Source: Dipteris shenzhenensis | Lineage: Eukaryota | DNA: 64,000 nt | Direction: 5' to 3' (one strand) | NCBI GenBank assembly: GCA_047967505.1 | Contig: CM106538.1 | In this document: piece by piece, positions 51,804-64,000 of the stretch | Numbering within the stretch: position 1 is the first letter of the stretch | Layout: every line of letters begins with the position of its first letter | Program-made: the position numbers and the translations under genes | Notes under the pieces: model-generated | What the model saw: the letters and a program-made list of their open reading frames with translations, nothing else | Database searches by the model: none | Told to the model about the DNA's origin: nothing

Positions 51804-53019
51804 TCACGAGTCATCAATTCTAGCCTCCACAATAGCTAACTCAATTGCAATTGACTGCTCTAAATGAGACCTCCCTTGGCATCTTTGCAAGCAAGCATCC
51901 TTAACAGCATTCATAGTGATTCTAGCTTCTTCAAGCCATGCCAGATCTTCTGGCTCATTCCTAGATAAGAACATGTTGTGAAGTGTGCAACATGTGCCCA
52001 CCATCATGACACTAGTGTGAAGATCAACCTCCATTCTTTTAAGCAATATCCTAAATCTTGATTTCAGCCTCCCAAAAGCTACCTCAATGCAAATGCGTGT
52101 GGAGCTTGATGCATAATTGAAGGCTCTTTGAGCAGGCTCAAGGTTTCCCTTATTTTGCGTATATGGGCACATCAACCAAGCCTTTGGAGGTGCAAAGGCC
52201 GTCCGTACCTGCAATGATCCAATACCCATTTCCATCAATGAGGCCATCTTCAGCTCGCTTATGTATCCGTGACAAGGCTAATGCCCTAGAGTCATGAAGG
52301 CTCCCACACAGTCTTGCATCTATATCCAAGAAGTAGAGGTCCATGTCTACTGCTGCCATAAGAATTATTGAATGGAACTGCTTGTAATTGTAATAGTCTG
52401 CACCATGTAGACTAGGTTTTTGTATGGGAATGTGGCATCCATCGACTGAAGCAATGACTCTCGGAAACCCTCTAAAGGCCTCAAATTTCTCAGAGATCTT
52501 GCATGCCTGCTCACCTATTGGCCACGAGATGTAGATATCTGTCCAATGCTTGGCAATTATTTTCATTCCTAGGTGCACAATCTTGTTGACAGTTGTTTGA
52601 CCATACAGAAATGTTTGACCAATGAAGCTTTCAGAGTCACCATGTGCCAACCTCCATAAAAATATGGCTACCCTTCGACGCAGAGAGATAACTCTCCAAT
52701 TAGGTGCTACTTGATCACCCTCCAGCCCATAGGGTTGAAAAACTGTAAAGCATAACCACTCAAAGGTATCTCTAGTGCATCTTAAATCTCTCCAAAATTG
52801 TTCTGGACCATAAAGCGGTAAAATCGAGGTATCCCAAGTGTCTGTGTAGCAAAGCAGTAAATCCTTCACCCAATTCCGTTGATGCCTTGCATGTCTTCCT
52901 GCCTTGATTTTTTGCACAAGCAAAGAAACAATTTGTGTTCTCTGCAAATGCAACATGCAAAAAAACAGAAGCAGCTGCAGTAGCAAGTGAACTTAATCCT
53001 CATCAAGAACATCATCCAT
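51804..53019 (-). pseudogene. HARBI1/ALP1-like Harbinger nuclease (DDE_Tnp_4)
   Basis: RRVAIFLWRLAHG..GQTF..TV; GFPRVIASVDGCHIPI..DYYNYKQFHSIILMAAVD..FLDI..GSLHDSR; WLMCPY..FNYASSSTRICIEVAFGRLKSRFRIL..CCTLHN; TAA at codon 9 and a frameshift near 52200. Confidence 0.93.
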
Positions 53020-55153
53020 GTCTCTTCTCTTAGGTGACTTCTTGCTCAAAAAAGCATTGCCTTCACGTTTTGGAGTATGCTGCCAGCAGGCTCAAATCAG
53101 ATTGGATCTATGCTCTGAGACTCAGATCAGATTACTTAATTCAAATTGTGCAACAGTGTGAATAAAATAAATGGTAGACAAGTCGACAATCACCACATGT
53201 TTTGGACTATACCTTATGTAACTCGTTATCCATCACTAATCATTGGTAGTACACAACCTCTCCTGATAGATTTCCCTCATTCATCACTGCTCATCGCTAA
53301 CCTCTACTGATAGATTGCTCTCATCCATTGCTAGTACCCAACCTCGTGTTGATAGATTGCTCTCATTTAAGCTTTCTATAGGACTTTGCCCAATTGCATA
53401 CCCTCTGTTCACAATCGCCCATTATCCTTTTTGGCAAGCTTAATCCGACAACAGGAAGGGTCTTCCTTTCCTTGCTATGTGGCACCCTTCTCTTTAAAAA
53501 TATAGAGAAGAGATGTAAGAGTTGCAGTGGAGCTTTGCCGTCCTTTCTTGTTAAAAAAAGCTCTGATTTCTGACATCTCCCCTCCCCTCATGACCACTCC
53601 TCTTCCTCCTCCAATTGTTCACAGCAGCCCCCCCATCTCCATCACCTTCAACCCCCCCCCCCTCATTGTTGCTGCTGTAATAGCTTAGCACGCTCTCCTC
53701 TTCCACCCATTTGCTGCCCAACATGGAAAACCTCCTTTCAATCTCTTGTGGCTATCCCCAAACCGAGCTGAGTTTCAGGACACAGATAAATCTCTCCACG
53801 ATGCAATGAGAATGCAGATAGATTGGCTCTTGGGAACATCTGCACTACAAGACAAATCATGTGGAGAGGGAATGCCCAAAAGCCCAGAATCCTCTCAAAT
53901 CCGAAGCAACAAAGCAAGCAAGGAAGGAAGGCATATGATGAGAAAACTAGACACAAGCTCTAAAGCAGTAGCAGTAGAACTCAGAGCCAGCCTACAGACC
54001 TCTCTGAGTTGCAAATGTGAACATCTGCCCAGTTTACTGTTGGTCCTTCCTGTCGTCTCTTGCATGCTCCTCACGCATCACACCTTGTTCATCCTCGAGC
54101 TTACTAACATCAGAGCCCGTGGTGGCTTCTCCTTTTTCCCTCATGCCACTTGTAGCCCTGCTATTCCTTGAAGCTTGAGTGGTGATTTGAGAGGAGTTTG
54201 AACATCTCTTTTGGCTGTGTTTGCTCGCGGCATCTCCTACATTGTCTTCCATAATAGCTCGACATTGATTTGTGTCATGAAATGGATTCACAATCTTCAG
54301 TGGCTTCTGCTCGACATTGATGAACCTCTAGCAAGGGCTCTTTAGCAGAAATTTTCCTCACAGCCAGCCTCATTTCTTTGGAGCTTGCATTTCATTTGGG
54401 TGTCCTTCTCAGTTGCAGATTTTCTCTAGCAGGCTACCAAGGAGTATTATGCTATTGTTCAAAAGCTCATCTTCTGTTGTGTTGCGTCTTAATGAGCGCA
54501 TCTTCGTATCATGCACTCCAACAAATGCTTCTATAGACGATTAATCAGATGAATGGCCTCTGTTTCTCAGAAATGCCTCTATTCATTGATGCACTGCCTT
54601 GCAAAAGACAGAATCTGAAGCTTTATCTCTCTGAGCAATTTTTTGACGTTGCTGGCCGTGTTTGACATTCTCTACTTGTGGCAACCTCTCCAGGTTTAGC
54701 TCTTCTCCCACATCCCCACCCACATCCCCATTCCCTTTTGCATCCCTTCTTGTCTAGCCTATTCCCAAATCGACAGTGGAGCTTTGCCACCCTTTCTTGC
54801 TCAAAAAAGCTCTGATTTCTACACAAGACAACCGAAGCTGGAAGGCGCTGGCCGTAAGTCTATATTTCTCTCCAGACTCCAAGCTCAGTAGCGACTTCAT
54901 CGTGGGTGCTTTACAATGTTGCTGGAGGACTTCCGTGTTCGTGGGTCTGGAGGACTTCGTGTTCGAGGGTGTGCTCCGGACTTCCGTGTTCGTTGGGTTA
55001 ACTCTGGCTTAACCTTAACCCAATGACTCTTATCACATGCATTCACAGGGTTTAGAAAGGGAATGCCTTTTTTGTTTGACACGTCAGCAGAAATAGGATG
55101 GGGAAAAGTGTTTAAATTCCCATCCTAAACCAGTCCATGTGCTAAGCCCCATA

Positions 55154-55546
55154 TGGGCCTTAGCACATGGATGGGGTTTACGATGGGAATCTTTTTGTCA
55201 TGATTACTCCCATCCTACACCAAGTGGTCTAGGATGGATTTAGGCAAGGAGTAGTCACTTTTTCTCCCATCTTGGACCATGGTCTCTAGACCCTGGCACC
55301 CAGAATGGGTTTCCTTTTTTTAGGGATTCAAAAAACATGGAATGATGACATGTATCCTTGTCCCCACGTGGTCCCCACCTTCTAAACACATGAAATGATA
55401 CCATGTGCCTCTTCCTCCTAAACCCATCCCTAGTTCTTTTTTTGTTAGTACATGGTGGGATGGGAATAGGATAGAAATATGCATGGGACTACCTCGGACC
55501 AGCTTTTCCCATTCCCATCCTATTTCTTCCCATGTGCTAAGCCCCA
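55154..55546. mobile_element. Probable MITE (~390 bp) nested at the Harbinger right end
   Basis: TGGGCCTTAGCACATGG / CCATGTGCTAAGCCCCA termini (1 mismatch) flanked by TA; internal CCCATCC motifs shared with the Harbinger subterminal DNA. Confidence 0.6.
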
Positions 55547-58002
55547 TAGTCGAAGTGCTCCTCGTGAACTTTACTAGCTTCTCAAAGCTTTTCGTGGCTG
55601 AACATAAATGCTTTTCAAGTAACTTATGCTTAGAAAGCTTTTTGTGGCTTACACTTTTCAATTTCAAAGTTTATGGCTTTTTTAGTTGAACCACGTGTCG
55701 CAATCCTACATGATGTTGGTGAAGATCTAACGGGGTGATTGTAACAAGTCATGCAATCATGGCTTGATGATGACGATTTGTTCTTCCATGTGACTTGATG
55801 CTTTATGTGTGGATGCCATGTTCTGTGCATGCACTTGTGCTTTTGGCTTGCTTTTTGCGTTCATGCATTGCTTTTCCATTTGTTGCAAAGGTCTTACCAT
55901 TTGATTTCTTTCAATATTGGTAGTGTCTAATTGCTAATAATGATTTTGATTTGACAAGTGCGTAGAGCTCGAAAAGACATTCACTTTTCCTTTTTGAAGC
56001 ATGTGCAAATTCTTCTTGGATTACAAGTTACACCTTGTCGAAGTTTCTGTGAAGAAGAGGGACAATTGATGATGTGGCATAGGGGTTCATATGCAAAATT
56101 CCAAACTATGCTTGGGAGGGGCTGTGTGTGCGCTTAGATGGCACTTAACTAACCTTGAACTTAAATCTAACCATGGTTTAGTGTGGGTTGAGTTGACCAG
56201 ACATGGTTCACTTAACCATTGACTAAGGTAGAGTTAAATGTAACCATAGTAAAGTCTTATCTTGCCGCGTGGCAATTTTTTTGAGACCTTGGAGACTTTG
56301 TGGATGGAAAGAGGCTTCAGAGATGACGATGTGGCCTGGGCGACGCGGCTGATTGGAAGCGTCCGACTGTTTGGTGCAGTGTTCTTTTGGCAAGGTGTTG
56401 GCTATGGAGCTGCTCATTGGCGCTGGAACGTAAAAGACATAGTTGAGGATGGAGCAACCACGGGTGCTACTGGAGCTATGACGAGCTCGTAGGAGCCATT
56501 GCCTTAGAGGAAAATTTGCTCTTGCTTTGTGTTTTAATTCCTTACGTTTCCTAGCCTTTCCTAGCTGTTTGAATCGTCTTAAAGCGTAATGGACTATGAA
56601 ACTTTTCACCTTTCATATCAAGTGTAGAGAAGGTCAATATGTGTGAACCGGTCGAGATATTGATTGCAAACTGCAAGCAGTAGTAACCGCAGGTATGAGA
56701 ATTGTTGGCTCCCCTTGCTCGCCGAGCATGGCCCCTACACTAGCAGAGGACTTTCACATATTCCGCCTCTGGACTGCACTTGATGGCCTTGACAGTAGCG
56801 TTCTACTTCTTCATGCCACTGCTAGCCTCCATTCCGGCATGGGCAGTTGGGCCATCGATGATACTAGTTGAAGCGATGATGATGAAGGCAATGGTTTTGC
56901 ATAGAGGTTCTTGCAGATGAGTCAGTTGCTACTAAAGAGCTTGGTTGTTGGGCAGTAGGAGGCAGTTGGCTGCTTTGAGACGATAGCTTGATGGAGGCAT
57001 AGAGCATAATGGCTGGTCTGTAATAGGCTGTAGGCAATTAATAAGACTAGTAGCAAAACAAAGACTAATGTCTCCTAATTTCTCAATGGCCCCTAAGACG
57101 AAAAGGAGATTTCTGAAAGAGTAGCCCTTTATTCATTAGCTTTTAACATTAATCTTCCTTAATTTAACTTTCCCCTATCTAATGGGTACTTATAAAGTAC
57201 ATTAAAATGCTTTTAGATGGCTCACTAATGCCCATAACTACATGTTCTCTAATATTACTGGCCTCATCACCAAACTGCTTAATGCTCTTGATTGTGGTAT
57301 CCAAGAATATATGGATAGACTTCATAAAGATATTTTGGCTGCTTTAACTTGAGTCCACACTAATGCCTATTAGATTATCCACAACCAATATGACTTCTTC
57401 ATTAATTTACGGAAACATATTTTCTCAGTTTTTACCTTTGACATTATGTCTTGCTATGAAGCTATTCCTCACCAAGGGAGTAATAGCCTTATTGATTCTC
57501 TCCAAAATTTTATAAAAACACAAACTTACAGCTATCTTGGTTTCAAAAAATCTAGAAAATAGTTTGTGTTGACTAAGAAAAATAAAGAGTATACTATTAC
57601 TTTTAAAGAGTGTACTATTAATTTTAAAGAAAAATAAAGAGTGTACTGTTAATTTTAAATATTTCATTAATCTTAACCTCTTTACTTTAGACAATTGCTT
57701 TACCAAGCTTGGTGATACACCTTTTACAAACCAAGGGTATCTCCATGGGATATTCTTGTTCTCCACTTCGGTGCAACTTATAACTTGCTTGGTTTGAATT
57801 ACAATTTATTCTTAAATTGTCAAAACTTCAAGAAATCGAAAAGCGTAAAGCATTCTATTTATCAAGTCATTTCATTGATGATTTAATTTTTATTAATAAT
57901 GACCTTATTGTGAATTGCCTTTCCCTTAACAGATCCATTGACCAAGCGGATCCATTGAGTATTTAGTACCCATTAGATATCCTTGCTATCAAACCCACTT
58001 AT

Positions 58003-61000
58003 TGTGAAGATAGTGGGAGAGAGGGAAGGAGTCTCACTTGCGGCTTTCTCACCTGCACAATGGGGGAATACACACAAAGGTGGAGGCTAAAAACAGTTTT
58101 CCTCTTCTTAGTTGTGAAAGCCAAAAAGAACTCTAGCACAAAGAAATAGAAGAACCCTATATGTGGGTCTCAAACCAAACTCAACTAACTAAGGTGGCAT
58201 ACTAACTGAGCCACGAACTAGTGTAGATAAGGATAGCTGTCATCCAGCTATTATTCGTGGGCGGTGTACCAACCGCACCTCCAGCTAACAAGTCGGTGAC
58301 ATAAATGCACAACAGTCACCCTGGCATATCGCGAGTGGAGCTCGATATCTCAACACTCCCCCTCGAGCTCAATCCCAAATCCTGCACACCAAGCAGGTCT
58401 CTGAACTTGCGCAGCTTCTCTGCGCCCAATGCTTTCGTGAATATATCAGCTACCTGATCCTCTGTGCTGACATAAACTAGATCAATAAGACCTAGTAAAA
58501 CCTTCTCCCGCACATAGTGATAATGCACCTCAATGTGCTTTGTTCTGGCATGAAAGACTGGGTTCTTTGCCAAATGTATACTACTCATGTTGTCACAATA
58601 AATGACAACCGGCCCATCTGTAGACTGATGCATATCATAAAGTAGCTTATGCAACCAAGCTACCTCACATGCAGCCATTGCTGCACCCCTGTACTCAACC
58701 TCTGTGCTCGACAAGGCAACTGTAGGCTGTTTCTTGCTGCTCCAAGTGACTGCAGCACTCCCAAAAGAGAACACATATCCACTGGTAGATCGTCTATCTG
58801 AAATGCTACCAGCCCAATCAGCATCAGTGTATCCATGCAACTGTATCTGAACCCCAGCCCCATAAAATAGTCCATACCGCAATGTGGACTTCACATACCT
58901 GAATATGCATCTAGCCGCATCCAAATGCGGTTTCCTTGGAGCCTGCATAAACTGACTTACCAACCCAACAGCATAGCTCAAATCTGGCCTGGTAATAGTC
59001 ATGTAAATCAAACTTCCTACTATGCGTCTGTACATAGTAGGGTCTTCCAGAAGCTCACCTGCATCTGCGCTCAGCTTCACATTCTGCTCCAAAGGAACTG
59101 AAATAGGCTTACAGCCTGTCATCCCATATTTGGACAGCATGTCCAATCCATACTGCCTCTGCAAGAGCTGTATCCCACTTGGTGATCTAATCACCTCAAT
59201 GCCCAAGAAATAACGCAGCTCTCCCAAATCCTTCATCTCAAACTTCTGCCTCAATAGCATTTTCACATGAAGGATATCTTCATCACTATCACCTGTGATG
59301 ATCAAATCATCAACATAAATGACCAGCAGCATAATCCCTTTCTGTGTTTTTCTCACATAGAGTGAGAAATCTGCCTTGGAAATCTGAAAGCCAATAGTGA
59401 CAAGATACTGTCCTATCTTGTCAGACCATGCTCTAGGTGCTTGCTTCAAGCCATACAAGGCTTTCTTCAACCTGCAAACAAACTCAGGATGAATAGCATG
59501 AACATAACCTGCTGGCTGCTCCATAAAGACCTCTTCTTGCAAATCACCATGCAAGAAGGCATTCTTTACATCCATCTGATGTAAAGACCATCCCTTTGAT
59601 GCAGCCATAGCAATGGCTGCTCTTACGGTTGCCATCCTTGCAACCGGGCTAAAAGTTTCTTCATAATCAATGCCATATGTCTGTGCATACCCCTTGACAA
59701 CTAATCTTGCCTTGTATCTATTCACAGAACCATCTGCATTGTGCTTGATCTTATAAACCCACTTACAACCAATTGCATTCTTGCCTTTAGGCAAAGGCAC
59801 CAATTCCCATGTAGCATTAGCATCCAAGGCATCCATTTCTTCATCCATGGCTTTCTCCCATTTTTCATTTCCCATGGCTTGCTCAAAAGAAGTGGGTTCT
59901 GGTTCCTGTATCACTTTGACCATATAGGCATAGTAAATGGCTGTAAATCCATCATATTTCAGCCTATCCACAGGATACCTAACCCTGGTAGACCTGCGCA
60001 AAATAGGCTCACTTCCAGGTGCTCTCAAAACATCCCTGGTCTTCCTTACTCCAGGTGTAACAACAGAAGGAATACCCAACTCATCATCAATGCTCTGTTC
60101 TGAGCCACTGGATTCACCATCCACACAAGAATGACTTGCATTCACATCATATATGGGCTGATCTACCTTCTCTTTTCCTTTTCGTGATACCTACGTACCA
60201 CTCTCTGCATTGCTTTGAGGGGATTCTCCTGATCTCAATCTGCCTGTCCATGGCGAAGTATGTGAACCACTGGTAGAGGACACTCCAGGTCCACTGATAT
60301 TTTGTGATTGCTGCTGTGCATTCTGTGCAGCATTACCATTTTGTGCATCTACATCAATCATCACATTTACTGGTTTATACCAGCTGCTCATCTCATCAAA
60401 AACATCTCTGCTCACTGTGAACTTACGTGTAGAAGGGTTATAGCATCTATACCCTTTCTACTGTGCAGAGAATAACCAATAAAGACGCACTTCTCAGCTT
60501 TTGGATCCAACTTGGACCTCAACTCATCTGGCACATGGACATAAGCAATGCATCCAAAAATCTTCAAATGAGAAATATCTGGTTTCCTACCAGTATACAT
60601 CTCCTCTGGCGTCATGCCATGTATTACTGTAGTGGGAGTCCTGTTCATTATATAGACTGCTGTAGCAACTCCTTCAGCCTAATATTAATCTGGTAGACCT
60701 TTTTCATTTAGCATAGCCCGAGATACCTCTCCAATATGCTTGTTTTTTCTTTCTGCAATTCCATTTTGCTGTGGGGTATGACTGCATGAATATTGCTGCT
60801 TTATACCATGCTCCTGCAAGAACCTTGCAAACTCATTTGAGAGGTACTCTCCCCCTCCATCTGACCTTAGGCATTTTATTTGCAGGCCTGTTTCTTTTTC
60901 AACCATAGCTTTGAAAGCTTTGAAGTGCCCAAACACTTCACTTTTCTTTTTCATAAAATACACCCACAGTTTTCTGCTGAAGTCATCAATAAATGTGACA

Positions 61001-63511
61001 AAATAGTGACAGCCTCCAATAGATGCAGCTTTTGTAGTCCACACATCAGAGTGGATTAATTCCAATGGCTTTTTACTCTCTTGAACATGCCTAGGAAAAG
61101 GTTTCCTTACCTGTTTCCCAAATTGACAGGCTTCACAGACCTTGTGCATTTCTGCAACCTTGAATTTAGGCAATCCTGCAACAATATTTTGGGCTTGCAT
61201 TGATTTAAGTCGCTGTATATTAACATGACCAATGCGTTTGTGCCAGATATCAATATCTGCAACTACACCGGTCCCATGTGCAAACATTGCTGCACTCAAT
61301 TCAGGCATGTCTGCATCCAACGTAAACATCCTACCCTTCTTCTTTCCTTTTGCTATCAAGCGACCATTATTTTTCATATCCTCAACAAAGCATCCATGAG
61401 GATTAAATCTAACCTACAAGCCCTGCTCAACCAACCATTTGACCAACAGAAACCAGGTTCTTGGTGATGTTCGGGACATGAAATACATCAGACAAGTATT
61501 TCTTTTTCCCATCCTGCATAGACAAAGGAATTTTGCCAATCTACACAATAGGATGTGCAGTATCATCACCAGTCTCCACAAATCCTGGTTTTTCCATTTT
61601 TCTTGCATCCTGCATCCATTCAGCGTGACCTGTCATGTGGTTTGACGCACCCGAGTCAACATACCACACATCATTGCTTTCTTCTGCACTTGTTACAGAA
61701 TTTGTCATATGCTGCACCATAAACAAATGCTCATTTCTGTCATCACCCTGTCTACTAGAGGATGCATAATTGCCTTGCTGCAATTTTCCACTCATAATGT
61801 CATTCTGCTTTTTATAGCAGTCCTTAGCCATATGACCCATTTTGCCACAATAGTAGCATTCAACATTGCTGTTTGCATTTTGGCCTCTCTGCCATCCACC
61901 ACGGCCTCTTTGGCTCCCCCTGCCTCTAGAGTTACCACGTCCTCCTGCATAGGACTGGTTTTCTTGCGTTTGCTGCATATTATGATTTCTACCACGGCCT
62001 GTAGATCGGCCTCCTCTACCTCTGCCTCTACCTCTGCCAGCATTTGAGTAGAAGACAGTTTCTTTTGAAGTTCCTGCTGAAGAAGATGCACCACCATTTC
62101 TCTGCTCTTCAGAAATTAGAAGAGCAATCAGCTCCTCAAAATCAGGAAATTTTTCACGGACGGCAATGGATGTTCGGAACTGTGCATAATCGTTTCCTAG
62201 ACCATTCAAGGTTCATCATCATCCACTGGTGACCCAATGGAAGCAAGTGCATCTGCAATTTTCTTCACTTTCATGTGGTAGTCATTTATGCTCAAATTTT
62301 CTCTTTGCACATTGTGCAACTCCTGTTTGAGTTGCATTTTCTTGGCTTGTGTATTTGTGCTGTACATTTTTCCTCCTTTGGCGTACTTGCATCCTGAATA
62401 TGCACAATCATGGAGTCCGAAATACTGATAGACAGCCAGTACATAACTTTCCTGGCTCTCTCATGCCATCCTTTGAATGCCTGCATTTCCTGTTGACTGG
62501 GAACATTAGGAAGAACAGGTTCTTCTTCATTTCCTGTAATGAATTCCCAATAGCCTTTTCCCATCAAGAAATTCGTCATTCTAAACTTCCATGCCTGGAA
62601 GTTGTTCTTGTCAAGCTTTTCAGTGACAATCTGTGAAAGAGAATCAGATGCCATTACAGAACACTGCAAAATATTCTGTCACTGCAAAAAACACAGCTTT
62701 TTGCCTCACACGGGTAGATCTGCAAAACTGACGAAAGTGGTATTTCACCACACAGTCACTTCCTAGTGACGATTTTGCATCAACAGGCAACAGGCATGAA
62801 TCTGCAACTCCCAATATCTCTGCACACAGACATACGATGCAATTTCTGCAGCACCTTTCCACCGACTAGCCGCGCAGTGGTCGCACAGCAAAAACAGGGC
62901 CTTTTTTTGAGTGCCTGCGAAGAACTTTCGCCTTCAAAATGGGCCCCGAAACGGCCTCAAACGCATATACTGTGCTCTCGCCACACCGCGAAGGGTGTCT
63001 CAATCTGAAACAGTGCACTCCTGCACTTCTGGCTGTGCTACCTGCAGAGATTTGCTCCCAAACTCGAAATAGGAAAGCAACACTGGTCCTCTTACTAGGA
63101 CACCACGAACTTGGCTTGCTTTCTTGAGCTCCTTACCACGAATAAGGCTCTGATACCATGTGAAGATAGTGGGAGAGAGGGAAGGAGTCTCACTTGCGGC
63201 TTTCTCACCTGCACAATGGGGGAATACACACAAAGGTGGAGGCTAAAAACAGTTTTCCTCTTCTTAGTTGTGAAAGCCAAAAAGAACTCTAGTACAAAGA
63301 AATAGAAGAACCCTATATGTGGGTCTCAAACCAAACTCAACTAACTAAGGTGGCATACTAACTGAGCCACGAACTAGTGTAGATAAGGATAGCTGTCATC
63401 CAGCTATTTTTCGTGGGCGGTGTACCAACCGCACCTCCAGCTAACAAGTCGGTGACATAAATGCACAACAGTCACCCTGGCATATTGCGAGTGGAGCTCG
63501 ATATCTCAACA
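58003..63511 (-). mobile_element. Ty1/Copia LTR retrotransposon Copia-B (full length)
   Basis: 353-bp LTRs 58003-58355 and 63159-63511 (3 mismatches seen); TSD CTTAT (57998-58002, 63512-63516); PBS 63147-63158; PPT 58356-58364. Confidence 0.97.
58316..62654 (-). pseudogene. gag-pol: Copia-B gag-pol with several frameshifts and small deletions
   Basis: MASDSLSQIVTEKLDKNNFQAW; CYYCGKMGHMAKDC; DSGASNHMT; IHSDVW..RSDGGGEY; open RT-RH ORF 58316-60145 with YVDD. Confidence 0.95.
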
Positions 63512-64000
63512 CTTATGACACTTATGGTACCACTTATTTAAACAGTTCGATTACACTTACGAGACCGTTTGTTGGAAACTATGAGACTCATACCTATTGG
63601 AAAAAAGATAAACTACAAGCAATAGATCCATAGATATTGCTTATAACGTTTGTATTTCACAAAGTTCTACCCGTGATTTATAATGCTTCACAGTGTTCTT
63701 GGGCTTGCTTTGATTTGGGTAGATTGATTGGTTTGTTTGATAAAAATGGATTTTATCACCAAAAATATCCTTTACTTTCTCAAAAGGAACACTTTCCTTG
63801 GATTATGATTTGACATTAATGCTCTTATTAAGCTCTTTCATGGCGGGTAAGTTCTGCATGGTGGACTTACCCCTCTCCATGTGGTCTTACTCTCTGGGAT
63901 AGGGGTGGGACACTCTCACACACACACACACACACACACACACCTAACTATGAGCAAATTCACACACAATTAATTTATATCCTTGTACGTGAATCAATCT

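Larger units (their letters stand above)
46182..55563. mobile_element. PIF/Harbinger DNA transposon (~9.4 kb), with extra left-end copies starting at 41579 and 43885
   Basis: Terminal inverted repeat GAGGAGCACTTC (46182) / GAAGTGCTCCTC (55552-55563); encloses convergent Myb-like and DDE_Tnp_4 nuclease genes; no clean TWA TSD. Confidence 0.75.

Noticed and set aside
53520-55000. Possible third Harbinger ORF; a 47-bp direct repeat (~53525 and ~54774) and ~25-bp GGACTTCCGTGTTCG repeats
   Set aside because: The repeats are real but the reading frames are broken and unrecognisable; treated as internal TE sequence
56223-57000. GC-richer stretch that might be a host gene fragment
   Set aside because: No recognisable motif or consistent frame; cannot be supported without a search
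57060-57900. AT-rich stretch resembling a decayed LINE 3' region
   Set aside because: No diagnostic motif recognised

Overview
A repeat-dominated eukaryotic land-plant region; the PLS-type PPR remnant and TE mix suggest a fern or other seed-free vascular plant (inference only). No intact cellular gene, RNA gene or CRISPR array could be supported. Left half: a gag-only Copia remnant, two young copies of one Ty1/Copia family with exact LTR/TSD/PBS/PPT (3080-7663, integrase-deleted; 10088-15538, gag-frameshifted), an inverted duplication interrupted by the second copy, a palindromic hexamer satellite, a degenerate CACTA element whose right end sits in the LTR of a Tnt1-like Copia, then older LINE/Copia/Gypsy debris. 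Right half: a spliced minus-strand gene or pseudogene with ENT-like motifs, whose exon was copied into a ~355-bp-arm near-perfect hairpin and into three ~2.3-kb tandem units that also triplicate the left end of a ~9.4-kb PIF/Harbinger element. That element encodes a HARBI1-like nuclease and an unusual trihelix/Myb protein with a C-terminal SAM domain, and carries PPR-derived cargo. A third full-length Copia (58003-63511, minus) has different LTRs and diverged proteins but nearly the same ~450-nt non-coding leader as the first family. Identity figures are by-eye counts, and domain calls come from motif recognition without HMM searches.
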